This document shows positions 47,010-60,633 of a stretch of 64,000 nucleotides of DNA, one piece after another. Every line of letters begins with the position of its first letter. The first letter of the stretch is position 1. A program made the position numbers and the translations under genes. Source of the DNA: Chrysomallon squamiferum (lineage: Eukaryota; Animalia; Mollusca); assembly GCA_012295275.1 (NCBI GenBank), contig CM022671.1, positions 15,810,001 through 15,874,000 of the forward strand, given 5' to 3'. The notes beneath the pieces were generated by a model. The model was not told the origin of the DNA. It did not search any database and saw only the letters and a list, made by a program, of their open reading frames with translations.

Positions 47010-49948
47010 GAAAATTAAAAAAATAGTTTCTATCAGAAACTGTGATTCTGTTTAAGGAAGATTTACATATTAGTTCAAAATTTAAGAAAAAATTTTTTTC
47101 TCATCACCTGTCAGATATTGTATTTATCTTTAAGTGAATGCACCAATTTCAGATGGTATTTTAAAAAGTATTATTAAAACTATTTTGTAATATCATTTTA
47201 ATGGTCATCCAACAATCAAAACTGAACAAAATGCATGTTTAGTTCTATATTTGATACAACAAAGTGCTCACGCTGACAGACTTCTGGATCTCTAATATCT
47301 CTGTGTGGAGACTGAAAGTAGAAACGTTTGCATTCTTGGCAGTTTCTGCCCTCTGTGTTATGCTGACAATTGTCACACACTCCACCACTCACACGACCTG
47401 TGGCTTCATACACAGATGGATCAAAGTGACATTTGTCTGAATGGTTATTGCAATTACATTCTGAAATTAAAAACATAAAAAATATAAAACAAAGAACAAG
47501 GTAAAGAAAAACAGCATCAAAAGAAAGGTCTAACAGTTATTAATGTGACCCAATAAAAAAAGGAAATGTTTCTAATGTTTCAAATCACACTCACTGTTAA
47601 AGATTTCACTGGTGTCTTTGTTTCCAATAAATATACACTGAACACATTTATAAAAAATAAATACTTACTTTTGCAAACATGTGGTTCATTCTGTCTAGCT
47701 GGTCTCCAAGGAAGATCATTATAGAAATCCTCACACATTTCACAGTTGAAACCCTTTGTGTTATGAGAGCATTCACACATTCCATGAACCTAAATGAAAT
47801 TTCAAAAACAGTTGTAAAAAATTAAATTTATATTTTATATTTAATTTCTTCATTAGGACAAAGATATCAACAAAGTAAAACAAAAATAAAATTAATGGAA
47901 CAGCCAATAAAACAAGAAATGCAAATTTAAGCAAATCTTATGGACCTAAATCATCATATAAATGTGCAAAAATCAGATACCAAGCAAAATGATAAATAAA
48001 CAACTATTAAAAATACAGATTTCTTTTATTCTTGTTTTTACCATATTGGGTCTGTTTTCGTATCCAGGAACAGGAAGACAACGTGATGCATGTCCATAGC
48101 ATGAACAACTACCTCTAACAGTCATGTCATATAATGCATAATAATACTTGTCTTTAATCTCAGGTCGGCTGTCTAGTTGAGTATCACCTGAAAGAGAAAA
48201 ACACCATAAAACTATAAGAATGAAGAATATTAAATATGCTTATGGTTTCAAGTTAATGTACAAATAAGTAATTAATGAATTTAATATTTATAGTAAAAAT
48301 TCACAATATTCAGTCTTTCATTTGTGTCCCTAAAATACCAAAACAAATATATGTAAAATTTTCAAAAATTATTAACCTATTTCTATTTAATAAAATATTC
48401 TGTCATTTAACTATAATTTTTTGAATTTATAAAAAACAAATATAATAATTACAACAATTATTTGTGTAAATAAACATACTTTTAATATCTCCTCTCTATT
48501 TTATACATTCAGAAAAATATATAATTATATATATATAAAACACATGAAATATAAAATCACAGTATTGAATGACTAGAAGTCATACCTAATGTGTGCAGTT
48601 CAGTGAAGTTAATTCTAAGGTTGGTAAGCTTAAGAAGATCCTGTACTTGCTCACTGTAAGGATCACTGATACGGATGAACGGTGGAAGCACTCGGAATAT
48701 AACCTGCAATAATCAAACTGTGCATGACAACATACATAAAGACATTATGTGAATAGCATTCAGTCAGTCAGTACACAGATTTGTCAACCATTCATTTCTT
48801 CAATACCACTCATCCATGCATTTAAAACACATGAATCCCCTTTATAAATACATACCTCTCCATTTGTTGATGGGGTTTCTGCTGAGTATCTCTGAGAACA
48901 AATGACATCTGTCAGTGAATGAACAGGTCCTCGTCTAATTCCAGGAAATGATTTACGACAATTTTGAGCAAAGTATCTATATACCTTCCATGTTTTACCA
49001 AAATCATAGGACCGTTCTATTAACATAGCTTTAGGCCTGAATGTTTTGAAGGTCATGATTAAATGAGTGAAATGGAATTCAGCTTCCAAGTCTAGCTGAA
49101 CGTAGACATTTTCTTTTCCATTTTCTGCTTGCCACCAACGATCTTTACGACCTTTGAAAGATGATACAATGTTTTCTATACGATGACTTTGTTCAAACAC
49201 AGCTGTTTGCCATGGCTGTCTAGAGTCACACTGAAAGCACTTGGTCTTCTTCTCCAAGTAACTAACTACACAGTATCTTTGCGGTCTGTGTAAACCACAG
49301 GTTGAAGATGCTTTCAATTGTTTTCCTCTACCTATTAATAAATCCCCCGTTGCTGGATAGCAGCTACCTTGTTCACACCTTGGCTGCCTTCTACAGACAG
49401 CAACTGCAATAGCAAAATCAAACTGTTTTAAGTCATATGGAGAGAGAGAGAAATAGATATTAGTTAGATGTCATTAATATCAACTGCAATGGTTGTTGTT
49501 TTTTTAGATGGTGAGAGTGCCAATATTTGTAATATATACTGTCAAATTACTTTATAAAACACTATAAAATATCCAAATATCCGTGAAAGTGAAATACAAC
49601 TGATCTGAGAAATTGCATACAAGCCTTAAAGTTAAAGACAGATAACTATTAATCCAGATTAGATACGATTAAAAGGCAGGCACAAAGAGTTACTGCTTAC
49701 TGCTGTAAAAAATTATAGAGCAGACTGTCATACAGGGGCATAGAGATATAATTATATATTCTTAATAAAACATTTTATTTTTTTTAACCTATCATTAGCC
49801 TAAAGTTTATATTAATAAAAATAAACTTTAAAAATAAATAATTAATTATAACATTTCATTCATATTCTTCAAAGAAATGTAAAACAATTAATTACAAACC
49901 TTGCAAACAGATGCTTATGAATACAACAGCAAAATGAATATGATCCAT
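33454..49948 (-). CDS. LAMB1: Laminin subunit beta (beta-1-like), ~1758 aa, 30 coding exons
   Basis: Exons 49900-49948, 48856-49403, 48586-48703, 48042-48187, 47669-47789, 47272-47460, 46674-46853, 46263-46372, 45637-45852, 44949-45107, 43527-43647, 43155-43282, 42634-42823, 42032-42175, 41488-41719, 41081-41244, 40403-40627, 39847-40046, 39479-39575, 39007-39198, 38432-38612, 37915-38099, 37236-37471, 36700-36882, 36040-36216, 35490-35665, 35037-35178, 34601-34777, 34100-34256, 33454-33587; all phases consistent (5277 nt). Signal peptide, LN domain ([36 protein letters not shown]), LE repeats, LF domain, coiled coil with Cys-rich beta-knob (VCGQPGDPC), C-terminal YRNC. Confidence 0.96.
37472..37914 (-). 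other. GC-AG intron (laminin beta intron 22)
   Basis: The exon ends ...GAT GTT GAG G followed by GCAAGT, and the next exon needs phase 1 (G-AFNIIKE). The GT 4 nt downstream gives the wrong phase. Confidence 0.85.
41718..41990. repeat. Degenerate ~69-bp tandem repeat overlapping a laminin splice acceptor
   Basis: Units start GGCTGCAATTAAATATAGAAATAA (41718), GGCTGTAATTAAAAAGAGAAATAA (41788) and GGCTATCACTAAACATAGAAATAA (41856), followed by a partial fourth. Confidence 0.8.
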
Positions 49949-51799
49949 TTTCAAGGTCCAGGTAAAAGAATACAAAGGAAAACTTTGTGCTGCACCTGAC
50001 GTTAAATATACAGTTTTAAGATTCAATCTGTGTTGCTATATCATTTTGGTTTTTCAGTCCTGAAATAAAGAAAAAACATTTTCATCAAGCTATTTATTTT
50101 TAACAGTTTAACATGTATATTTACTTTAAATAGTGATTTAAGTTTTCTGATCTTTTATGTAAAACAACTAGATTTATTATTTTATACATACATATATGCA
50201 TATATATATATCCTAATCACAAATTTAGAAACAGAAATAGCAGTTATTAAAAACTTGTATATTTTAATACTTGTTAGTCAGCTAAACATGACATTGCACT
50301 CCTACTCTTTGTCACAATGTTTTAAGAAACATTCATAATGGTTCAGCTAATCATAATTTAGAAATAATTATACATGTATATATGTTCTATTTTAAATGAA
50401 CCCAATATTTATTATCCAAATATATATAAACAAAGTGCATAATTTGTATAGAACATTTAAAAATATATTTAGATATTACTCACTATTACACTCTTTTAAA
50501 ATCCATTCACATTTATAATGTGTGAATGATTGTGGTTTTCAAACATTTGCCTTGATACTTAAGTTTACATATGTTGCACCGAAAATGTAGGAAATAGGAA
50601 ATGCCAGTTAAGAGGTTGTGGGTGTCATATGACTCAAAGAGTCTGGTTTTATTAAACATTTGATTATCTTATTTGATTATCATTCAATAGTTCAGTGAGA
50701 CTACTGGATTATTTCCCACTCTAAACCACAGAGTGGCAACAGTATTAAAAAGAAAAAAAAAGTTTAAAAGAATAAAAATAAAATGTCTGAAAACTATAGA
50801 TTTTATTCAGATTTCAGCCAAATATTAAGTATAAAATTTGTTAATGTGTTCTAATGCAAAAATTATTTATTTATTTATTGTTACATAGTTATTAAGATAT
50901 TGTTAACACAGTTGGCATTTTAATGAAAACATTAATAAGGAACCACAGATATTAAATTTGCATTCATTAGACTGCAGATGTTCATAAATTTATTTTAACC
51001 CAAAGTAAAAGACAGACTTTCTGCTTCAACTATACTTTGGTACAATGCGTATGAAATTATAGCTAACTGACATTTTTTAATGGGTGAAAATGGTACAAAA
51101 CCTACATAATTTATGTACTGTGATGTAAAAAAATAGTAATTAAAAATTTCTCTATTAAGCCTGTGAAACTGGCATCACATGAAGAAAATTAAAAATTATT
51201 ATGTGAATATAGTGCAGCATTATCATTGTTTGGACACTTGTGAAAAACTAAGAGTAACGAATAAAAACCAAAAAAGCAAAAAAAAAAAAAAACCATAAAG
51301 ATATTTTGTATACTACTGTATATTATATTCACATTGTTTGTAACTTTAATTCTATGCAAGTATTTTTCAAAATTACCGATATATGATTTACTTCATTACA
51401 TGAGCTATCCAGCAATAACGCGAAGGTTGATAGCAAATAAATTTTGTCTTAACCTATCTAATCAGCAACCTAGTATTATTTGGGTCAGGGGAAATTTTCC
51501 CCATTTAGTACTAAGTTTATAATTTTCGCCATTTCTAAATTCTGTGTATTTAATTTTTGATAACCTGAATAACATTCTTTAAAGATGTAAACAATTAACG
51601 ATGAACAACAATCTAATTTGTGTTTGCCTGGAAATGAAAAACTAATTAAGATGTTTAACAAACTTTAACTAAGTTTAAGTTTAACCAAGAAATGAAGAAT
51701 GTGCAAAAGTTTTCGAGAAATTGTTTTATTTACCCATTACGTTACATATAGAAGTTTAAATATTATTTTTCTAATAGCATGCTTTAATATATTTATATT

Positions 51800-53326
51800 A
51801 AATGAAGTTTGCTAATACATTTGACACAATCTGAATAACTTACTTATCGCCACCTTCCAACTTTTCACGCCGTCTGCCCTGACAATGGCGGACAACTGAA
51901 GAGCCACTTGACACAATAAATTTACCCTAAGTAAGCAGGATTGTTTATCAGTATAATTGTTAGTAATAATAAAAACTGCTTATTTAATTACTGATTAGAA
52001 TGCGATTTGTACTAATTTTGCAATAAATACAGGAGCAAATGTGCAGTTTGTCTTCTTTACTACAATGTTTACTATATTACCAAATAATACAGTTTGAGGG
52101 AGAGTATTAATTAATGGAACAGCCACAGAAGTTTAGAGTTCACTGACAAGCAACAAAGTTAATTACTGGAATGGGGTGGTTGTTTGAGGTTTTTCAATAA
52201 TTTTTCGCACAGCTATACTGCAAACAAAATAATTAAACTTTTCTCTTTTTCTTTTTTACTGCGTATTTTTTTTTTTCTTCTCCTCACTACTCCAAATCCT
52301 AACACGTTGTTACCAAATACAATATCTCGAATATGGCATCGATTAAACCAACGATGAAACACGATCCTGCTACTACTACTACTACCAGTGGACGTCAGAA
52401 AGTTTCAGATCTGTAAATGAATTACTTGAGGACCGTCTTCTTAATATTTCAACATATTTTTCTTCATGGAACTGTAGGAAAATAATAAATAAAATCGTAA
52501 TAGCTGTAAAGTTATAACTGATAACAGTGATATTTATAATTAATAATATTAACATATCAGAATGTTCAGAAACACAAATTTGTGTTCGTTATCTACGTTC
52601 ATTTATTGATTAATACGAACAAATAAATTGTGTTGTTTGGTGTATCAGATAAATAAAATTATTAGAACTTGATGGATTGATTTTACATTGTTATTTTAGC
52701 ATTCTAACGTTATAAATCTATTTAACATGTACTAAAGAATTACAGCCGCGCTAAGAAGTATTTTATTAAATTCGTTTTCGCGGGGTTTTGGGATAGCTGG
52801 AACAGTAGTCTTATTTATTATTGTGTTATTCCCCATCCAGGCTTTATTATTGCTGTTGTTTCATTTATTAAGATATGAGCGAGTATCTCCAATTTAAAAA
52901 AAAAAAAAAATAAATAAACAAGATTGTCATTAATAGGTGGAATATCCTATCAAATTTTGGGGATGCAAGTTAAGTAAGAAATTAAGTACATGATTTAATT
53001 AACTATTACTCATACCTTGATTTATTTATTTATTTATTTATTTTAAATATTTTATTTTTATTTTTTTATTTTATGATTATTTTTATATGGTTTTTATATA
53101 AATTGATAGATTCTTTAGATATTTATTATTATTTATATAATTCTTACTGTTTTAAATATATACAAGGAAAGGTTAATCGATAAACGAAAACAACATCGGT
53201 ACACAAACTCTTAAAAACATATGAAAAATACTTCTTTGGAGTTACGTACCTTGGAAGTTTTCTGTTTGTGAATCACAATAGTTACGATTGTGCATTTCAA
53301 ATGTATGTTTGTAAACAATCATCTAG
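51800..53326. promoter_or_regulatory. Divergent promoter / 5'UTR region of laminin beta (-) and the ASB13-like gene (+)
   Basis: CpG-containing stretch between head-to-head genes. Minus-strand donor GTAAGT at 51843 and a 5'UTR acceptor at 50060-50061 for laminin. Confidence 0.5.
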
Positions 53327-54779
53327 ATGTCAATGTCAGATTCTGATCAGGAAGCAAATGCAGAGGACAGTGCTCTAAATTTAGGTGAAAGCTTTCTTAA
53401 TGTTGATAAAAATCTGTTACGTTCTTACTGTAAGTATTCGGTAATTTAATGCAATTTAGATACCTTATTCACTTTCTCTTTTTCTTTTCAACTTCAAATC
53501 TCCACTCCAGTTTGAAAATCTGATAGTGACAGATAACGTTTTGTTAATGTTTCAGTATTGGTGATGTGGAGCATTTTTTTTTCTAGTTTTATTTACTGTT
53601 TCTCAAATATATGTATATATGATATACAAATTATAATGTTATTTAGTTCAAATTAGTTTGTATTGTGTGCATAGATATTTCTTATAATATTGTTAGTGTT
53701 TTTTCCGTTAAAATGTTACTGACAGTATTATTACTATTAACTGAATACTATTCACATTAACATGTATACAAATTAAGTCACATTTTTATATTCAATAATA
53801 AATAAATCTTTTTAAATATCTTAATTAAATACTGTAATTTTCATAAATTAAATTATATGTAAAATAATGAGTTGATTGTTCCATTTATTAATTTATTTAT
53901 TTATCATTTTGTTTGTTTTCAGTATGGCATGATTCCCCACTACACTTAGCCTCAAGAGATGGCAATGCTGAGATACTGTTGTCCCTAATCAAGTTATATG
54001 GTGACCGTGTCAACTGCGCTACCTCAGACTTGGTGAGGCCATTACATGAAGCTTGTTTGTTTGGTCAAGTTGATTGTGTTAAAGTTCTGTTAGAAAGTGG
54101 AGCTGAGGTTTGATTTTATTTTTCATTATTAATACAGGTTGAGGAGTCTTTATCCAAAATTCAGAAATCCGATAGCTCCGAAGTCTCAAATTTTTCTAAA
54201 GCAGCTGAAATAGTTATATCTCACATTTTTGGGAAATTGTCTGCACAAAATTTTTAAAAATATATATTTTTTAAAGTCCTCTAGATTTTTGTGTAAGCTG
54301 ATTATGAAATATAAATGCACTTCATATATAGAGTTAAATTCTATTCTCATGCTGTCACCTCATATTCCAAAAACTTTGAAAGACTACCGGTCCCAAGCAT
54401 TTTGGATAAAGGAATCTGAACCTGAACAGTTATTTATAATGTCATAATGGTAATGAAATAAACATTTTAAAAATAAAGAAATATTGTGTTTATTTGGCAA
54501 CTTATGTTGATTCATTTTTATTTACTTTTTTTTTGGTTTTAATTATTTTATTTAGTTTATTATATTTCATTCCAGGTTAATGTTAGAAATATAGATGGAG
54601 CCACACCTTTATGTGATGCGTGTTGCTATGGCAATACAGAAATAGTTGAACTGCTTTTGTCTCATGGTGCTTTGGTAAATCCACCACTTCTGTTAGCTAC
54701 ACCACTGCACGAAGCTGTTCTGAGAGGTAAATCAGAAACACAGAGCAGTGCTAATCATTTTAAGTATGACACTGCTGCA

Positions 54780-54823
<44 letters not shown>

Positions 54824-57206
54824 GTATGTATGTATGTATGAGTTTATATGTGTTATGTACATATGTATGAATGTATGCATGTGTTTGTACGTATGTATAT
54901 TGTTTAGGGAATTTTTTTACTTTTCCAGAAGTAAATCACATCTTATGGTTTATTACATTAAAGGAAACAAATATACATATATATGTGTGTGTATGTATAT
55001 ATATATATATATGAATTTTAATACTTGATAACATGTCACTCCATAAATAACCGGTAAAAAGTCACACTAGTCTTAATAAGTGATTTGTATAGCAAAACTT
55101 ACCAGGTAGAACACCTACAATTTCTCTGTGATATAGATATAATAAATATATGTCAGTTTTTATATTTATATTTTAGTATAGAAATTGTAAAAATCTTAAT
55201 GCCAGAAATGCTTTTGAAGGAAATAATCACCAAAAAAATGTATATTGTTGGTAAAAATATAACTAAAATATTTTTAATTTCTGCAATGATTTATTTTCTT
55301 AGTTTATATATTTCAGATAACTAAACATTTGAAAAACAAATTTCTTCTTATAGACAACTGGAAAAGTGCTGAGCTGTTGGTAAAAGCAGGGGCAAAACTG
55401 GATTCATCCGACTGTCATTTTGGGACACCTCTTCATATATGTGCAATGAAAGGATTCAAAATGTCTGCAGAAATTCTCTTAAAAGCAGGTTTACATCAGT
55501 ATTTTTTTTTTTTTTTTTTTTATTTTTTTCAGTTTTCATTTAGCAGCAGATTTACTGTATCTTTTATGTTGCCATATTTTTTGTCAGGAATTTTGGAATA
55601 TTAAACAAAAATTCTATATATAGTTTTTTATTATTATTTATATAGAACACAGTAGATACACTATGTCAGTTACTACTTATAGAGATAAAAAGAAATTTGA
55701 GTTTAATTTGAAAAAAAAATATATATATATATATATTAAATAAAATAATATAACCAAATTTTGTTACTGTTTCAATAGATGAACTCTTTTGACATGGTTT
55801 TAGATTATTATGCTGTTTTATTTGGTGTATTTATTGGATATTACCATTAAAAGGGATTGAGAATTATGCCATTATTTATTGTAGTTTCAGTATTTGAAAA
55901 TGTACAGGTCATTTTTCCAGATTTTAAATAAAAGAGATATCTGTATTGACAACAATAACAAAATTATAATAAATGAATAAAATTTATATTATTTGATGCT
56001 TCTTACATACTAGCCAAGTACTGGACCTATAGCAGAAATACTAATTTATTTTTTCATGTAAATGTAATCTACATATATAATTAAATGAAATTTTTATTAG
56101 TATAAACAAATATGTAACACATAGCTGGCAAACACATTTTGCTTATTTTTAAGTTTAATTGGTCACATCTGGAAATTCTAAATGTGTATTGCAGAAATTA
56201 TTATAGTAATTATTTTTATTTTCTCTACAGGTGCGAAAGTTAATGTTATTCACATGCACAATTCACCTTTGCATGAAGCAGCTCGATCACAAGACCTTGA
56301 AGTTTTGACACTTCTCTTGAACTTTGGTGCCAACGTTTATGCCAGGAATGGAAATTCCAAGACAGCTTGCGACCTGGTTCCAAGCAGCACATCGCCGGCT
56401 AAACAGATTCTTTTGTTCTGGGAAAGTAAGTGCAACTATTTGAAAATATTACATTTATTTTCAGGGTGTTTTAGTATTAAAAATGAAAAAAGTAGTAATG
56501 GGAAATTTTAGAAACAAAGCTTGGGGATAAAAAGCTTTTGGAACACAGATGTTTATTTATTTATTTCTTAAATACCATTGATGATTATGTTTGAAAATTT
56601 AGAGGTCATTTGCATAAAAAAGCAAAATGCCACTGTGAAACCTTTGATAACTAATTTAAATATAACTAGTTTATTTGATTTATAAATAGCAACAATAATT
56701 TAAATTTTCTTATCTAATTAATTATTATAATGTCCCTGTTGAATAATTAAAATAAAATAAAATATGCATTCACTTACACAGATGTTTGTGTTTGTGTGTG
56801 GTTTTCTAAAAAAAAATATTTATAGAGAACTCACTTGGGACACTATATTAGTTAATATATTGAAATAGCTATAAAAATAAAAGATTGATTTTTATATAAA
56901 TATAGATAGATGGATTGACAGATAGATACAGATATATATACAAATGTATATACTATACATTTAGTATAACCTATTTTTGTAAACCATTTCAATAGGTAAA
57001 CTACTTTACCATGCTTTTAGATCTTTACATAGTTTTAATTTTTGTATTATTAGTTTTATTGTTTATTTCTTTTTGTAGGTAATCCAAGATCTTTATGCCA
57101 TTTGTGTAGACAAGTAATTCGTCTAACTATGGGTGCCTCACGACTCACATATATAAACAGATTATTACTTCCAAAATTTCTCAAAGACTATTTATTATAT
57201 GTATAG
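53327..57206 (+). CDS. ASB13: Ankyrin repeat and SOCS box protein, ASB13-like, ~298 aa, 6 exons
   Basis: Exons 53327-53429, 53923-54107, 54576-54726, 55354-55488, 56231-56425, 57079-57206 (897 nt). Ankyrin repeats (SPLHLAS, PLHEACLFG, VNVRNIDGATPLCDAC, DCHFGTPLH, SPLHEAA) and C-terminal SOCS box PRSLCHLCRQVIR...LLLPKFLKDYLLY. The first exon is less certain. Confidence 0.85.
54135..54424. mobile_element. Tigger4/MER46-like (pogo) MITE, copy 2
   Basis: TA then CAGGTTGAGGAGTCTTTATCCAAAAT at the left end and GGTCCCAAGCATTTTGGATAAAGGAATCTGAACCTG at the right end, forming imperfect TIRs. In ASB13-like intron 2. Confidence 0.82.
54783..54840. repeat. (CT)n + (TATG)n microsatellite
   Basis: Directly visible in ASB13-like intron 3. 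Confidence 0.95.
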
Positions 57207-58620
57207 AGCTTAAACAACGTTAGTTTTGGAATTTTTGTTTATTATTACATATTATAGTAAGCACGTTATACTTTGAGGAATTGAAATATTTTCCAAACGG
57301 AATTTGTTATTTTACACGCTACTGCCATAAGTTTTTCAAATACTACTATTTATTTTTGAATGGAGTATAAATCTTATTTATTTTAAGAATCTATCCTTAC
57401 AATGTTTAAATCTGTATGTGTTGTTATTTATTATGCTTTTAATGCTTTTTAATAAATTTAATACTTCATTATATCTCTACAAAGGTGTCTTGAGGAAAAA
57501 AAAAAAAGATAAAAGAGAATAGGTTAGTTACTGGTAATTAGCTTTTAGTTGCAGATATCTGCAGATGTAATAATTGTTAGGAAGCCATTTAAATCACTTT
57601 AAATTTGGTAAAAAGTTGCTTATTTCAAAAGAAAACCTGTACAAAAGGTATAACCGCAGTGGTTTCATTAATTGATGCTGATAACAAGCAGTTAATTAAA
57701 TAATAATAATAAAGTCTTTTTTATGTATAGTTATGAATTTTATAAATCAGTTTTATTTTTGTGTCCATATGATTTATTTTTTAATTTCACAGCATTACCA
57801 CAAAATGTAACTTGATAAACTGTGATTATATACAAAATTTATTTTAGTTTTGCAGTTGTTATAACAGTTGTATAGTTTGCAATAAAATGCATTGGTCTGT
57901 ATTGGTGATTACAGTTTTGTCTGTTTACAGCAACTTGATGAAAAAATAGCATAAAAGTGCATTGAAATAAATAAATATATGTTGCTATATATGGTTTTGT
58001 TTCATTTAATGTTGTACCAAAAAAACAAATGTTACTAATAACCACATTTTATGAAATGATTAAAAGGTGTTGACAAACTCCAAAATATGAATTATAGTAA
58101 AAAATTCAAAATCACTAACAAAGAATATATCTATTATCAGCATACAAATGGCAGATGACCAAACTTATAATTCTATTTATCAGAGTACCAGAAGGATTAT
58201 AAAATACTAGTATTACTAGGTTCTGGTTTTGTACAAATTAAGTTTCTTTATGTTGTGTGTACAAGTTAAAATGGAGTAGATTCTGGTATTAATTATATAT
58301 CAGTCATTGTTATTTGACTTGCTTTCCAATTCATTTTTTTATTTTGTTATGAGGAAAAATTAATTTGCTACACAGTATTAGACTGTATATATTAAAAAAG
58401 ATTTAAAAAGAATAAGAAAACACCTGTTGATTAAGAAGACATATTTATTGTAATGTATTCATGCTTGAGTATTAATACATAGATAATGTTACACGGTTTA
58501 CTTGTTTTTGATGCATTGTGTAATATGTCAACTATGATATCTAAACAATAAAATTATAGATATGACATGCAAGAGAGAGTGATAGACAGTAGAGATGGGA
58601 ATGGTAAAGGAGCAATTTTC

Positions 58621-58760
58621 TAAAGGTAAACATGGCATCTTAGATTCATTACCACTGAAACAAATATTAATAGGTTTCATCAAAACTACTATGTACATTT
58701 TATGGTAAATATGGCATCTTAGATTCTTTACCAATAAACAAAATACAAACAGGTTTCACC
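58621..58760. repeat. Two-copy ~80-bp direct repeat
   Basis: GGTAAACATGGCATCTTAGATTCATTACCA...AGGTTTCA and GGTAAATATGGCATCTTAGATTCTTTACCA...AGGTTTCA. Confidence 0.85.
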
Positions 58761-59381
58761 TATTAAATTAAATTTATACAATTTTAAAACATTCAAATTA
58801 CAGTCATACATTCAGTGTTTAAATCCACTAATCATTTAAGATAAAGTTTTGCTGCCTTTCATCTAAATTATTAAATATAATGACTATGTTTTAGATATAT
58901 ATATATATATATATAAAAAATAATGTTTACATTAAGCATGGTTATGCTATTTTGACATTGGTTTAACCAGTAATTAGCTAATCAACTGATTTTACATAGC
59001 ATAAAAGGTAGTTCAAATTTAAATGTTGTTTTAACATCTCAATCAATGTTTATGGCTGACATATAAATCAAGAAATAATCCATAAAACAACACATTCATA
59101 TAGTGATGTTTGAGTGTTACAAAGGGAATGTCTTGCAGTAACAGCAATGAGCATGGAATAAATTTTGTTTTATATTTTCATTAGTATATTTTGGGGTTTT
59201 TTGATGACATAACTGCACAAAACCCATTGTAAGTTGAGAGTTCACTTGCACAAAATAAAAACTTATGGAGAACAAAGGTTTCTTTTCTTTGGGTCATTGT
59301 TAACCACTCAGTGAATTGGCTGCATCATAGAACTATTTCATCCAAATTCACAAGCATGCTTTGACTCAATTATTAATGAGC

Positions 59382-59669
59382 CAACTACAGTCAGTCAGAA
59401 CTAATTTAATATGTTTCATAAATCTTATACAAGGAGTAATTATATAATCCAGTAAAGTAATGCCAGAGATACTGAGCACTAATGAGCATTTAAATATAAA
59501 AAACATGATAAAATGATTCAGTGATTTCAAAAACATATCAACATATATAAAAAGAAATTTCAATTCTCTCTAGACAAAAACTATAAGTCAGTCTTAAATC
59601 ATCTGGATTTAATATTATTACTCAAACCTGTTTGTTAATATTTATTATCAAATGGACTGACTGTAGTTG
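59382..59669. mobile_element. MITE-like element with a perfect 15-bp inverted repeat
   Basis: CAACTACAGTCAGTC (59382-59396) and GACTGACTGTAGTTG (59655-59669). This can be read as TA|CAGTCAGTC...GACTGACTG|TA, a Tc1/mariner-like end. Confidence 0.55.
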
Positions 59670-60633
59670 TAAAAATTTAATTATTTAAAAATATAGAAGA
59701 TATTGTAAATGATGAACATGATTTTGTACTATGTGTATTTTTTAGCTTAAACTGGTAATTATACAAATGACATAAAAGCTATGCTTGATAATGCATTTAA
59801 CCAATGAGAAATAACTTAGTTAATTTGATAGTTGTAAAAATAAATGAATGATTTAGATGACAAAGTCGATGATAATTTAAATGATGAAATTAACTTATAG
59901 TTCAAAATATTGTTTTAAATGGAAATAAAAGAATAATGATGTATTGGAAATTTGACACTAATTAAACAGTTTTTTTTAACATTTTCAAAAATATTCTGAG
60001 CAAAGATTTAAAAGATTAAATTAACATTCACTAACAAATTATGCACTAGTAATGCAAAAACAATATTTAAAAAAACTCTACAACATTAAGGCACACTTTG
60101 GATCTACATTGTTGGAATACTTCAAAACACCTTCTAAAGATGGAAACTAATAAAAATAATAGTTGTATAAAAATAGATTTGAGATTATCTTGCTAAACAA
60201 TTTTATGTAACAAACAAAATTAGATCCATCGTTCATAATGTTATTTTAAAATAACATTGATAACAGTTTATAAATCTGTGTAGCGATTTGCTTAAAAACA
60301 TTTTTTTGATTGAAGTTTATTTTTGATAACATGAAATCTTTGTCAGTTTGTTGTTCTGGCTTGTTTTACAACAATAGGTATTTTCTTCAGACTTACCATT
60401 TTTGATACAAGATAGTCACATATCTTAAATATTTTCTATTTGTTGTGCTATGTGTTACGGGAAATTCAGACCCCAGCTAATGTAGAAAAGCCAGATGCAT
60501 TAACTATTATTGTACCAAAAGAAGTCCACTATAGCAACCTGTAAGATCTAGAAGGCTGATACTTCTAACTGTGAAAGTATCACTTTGTTGTGCTACTAGT
60601 AAGAGATTTCTGAAAACCCTTTCAGTATTCTCA

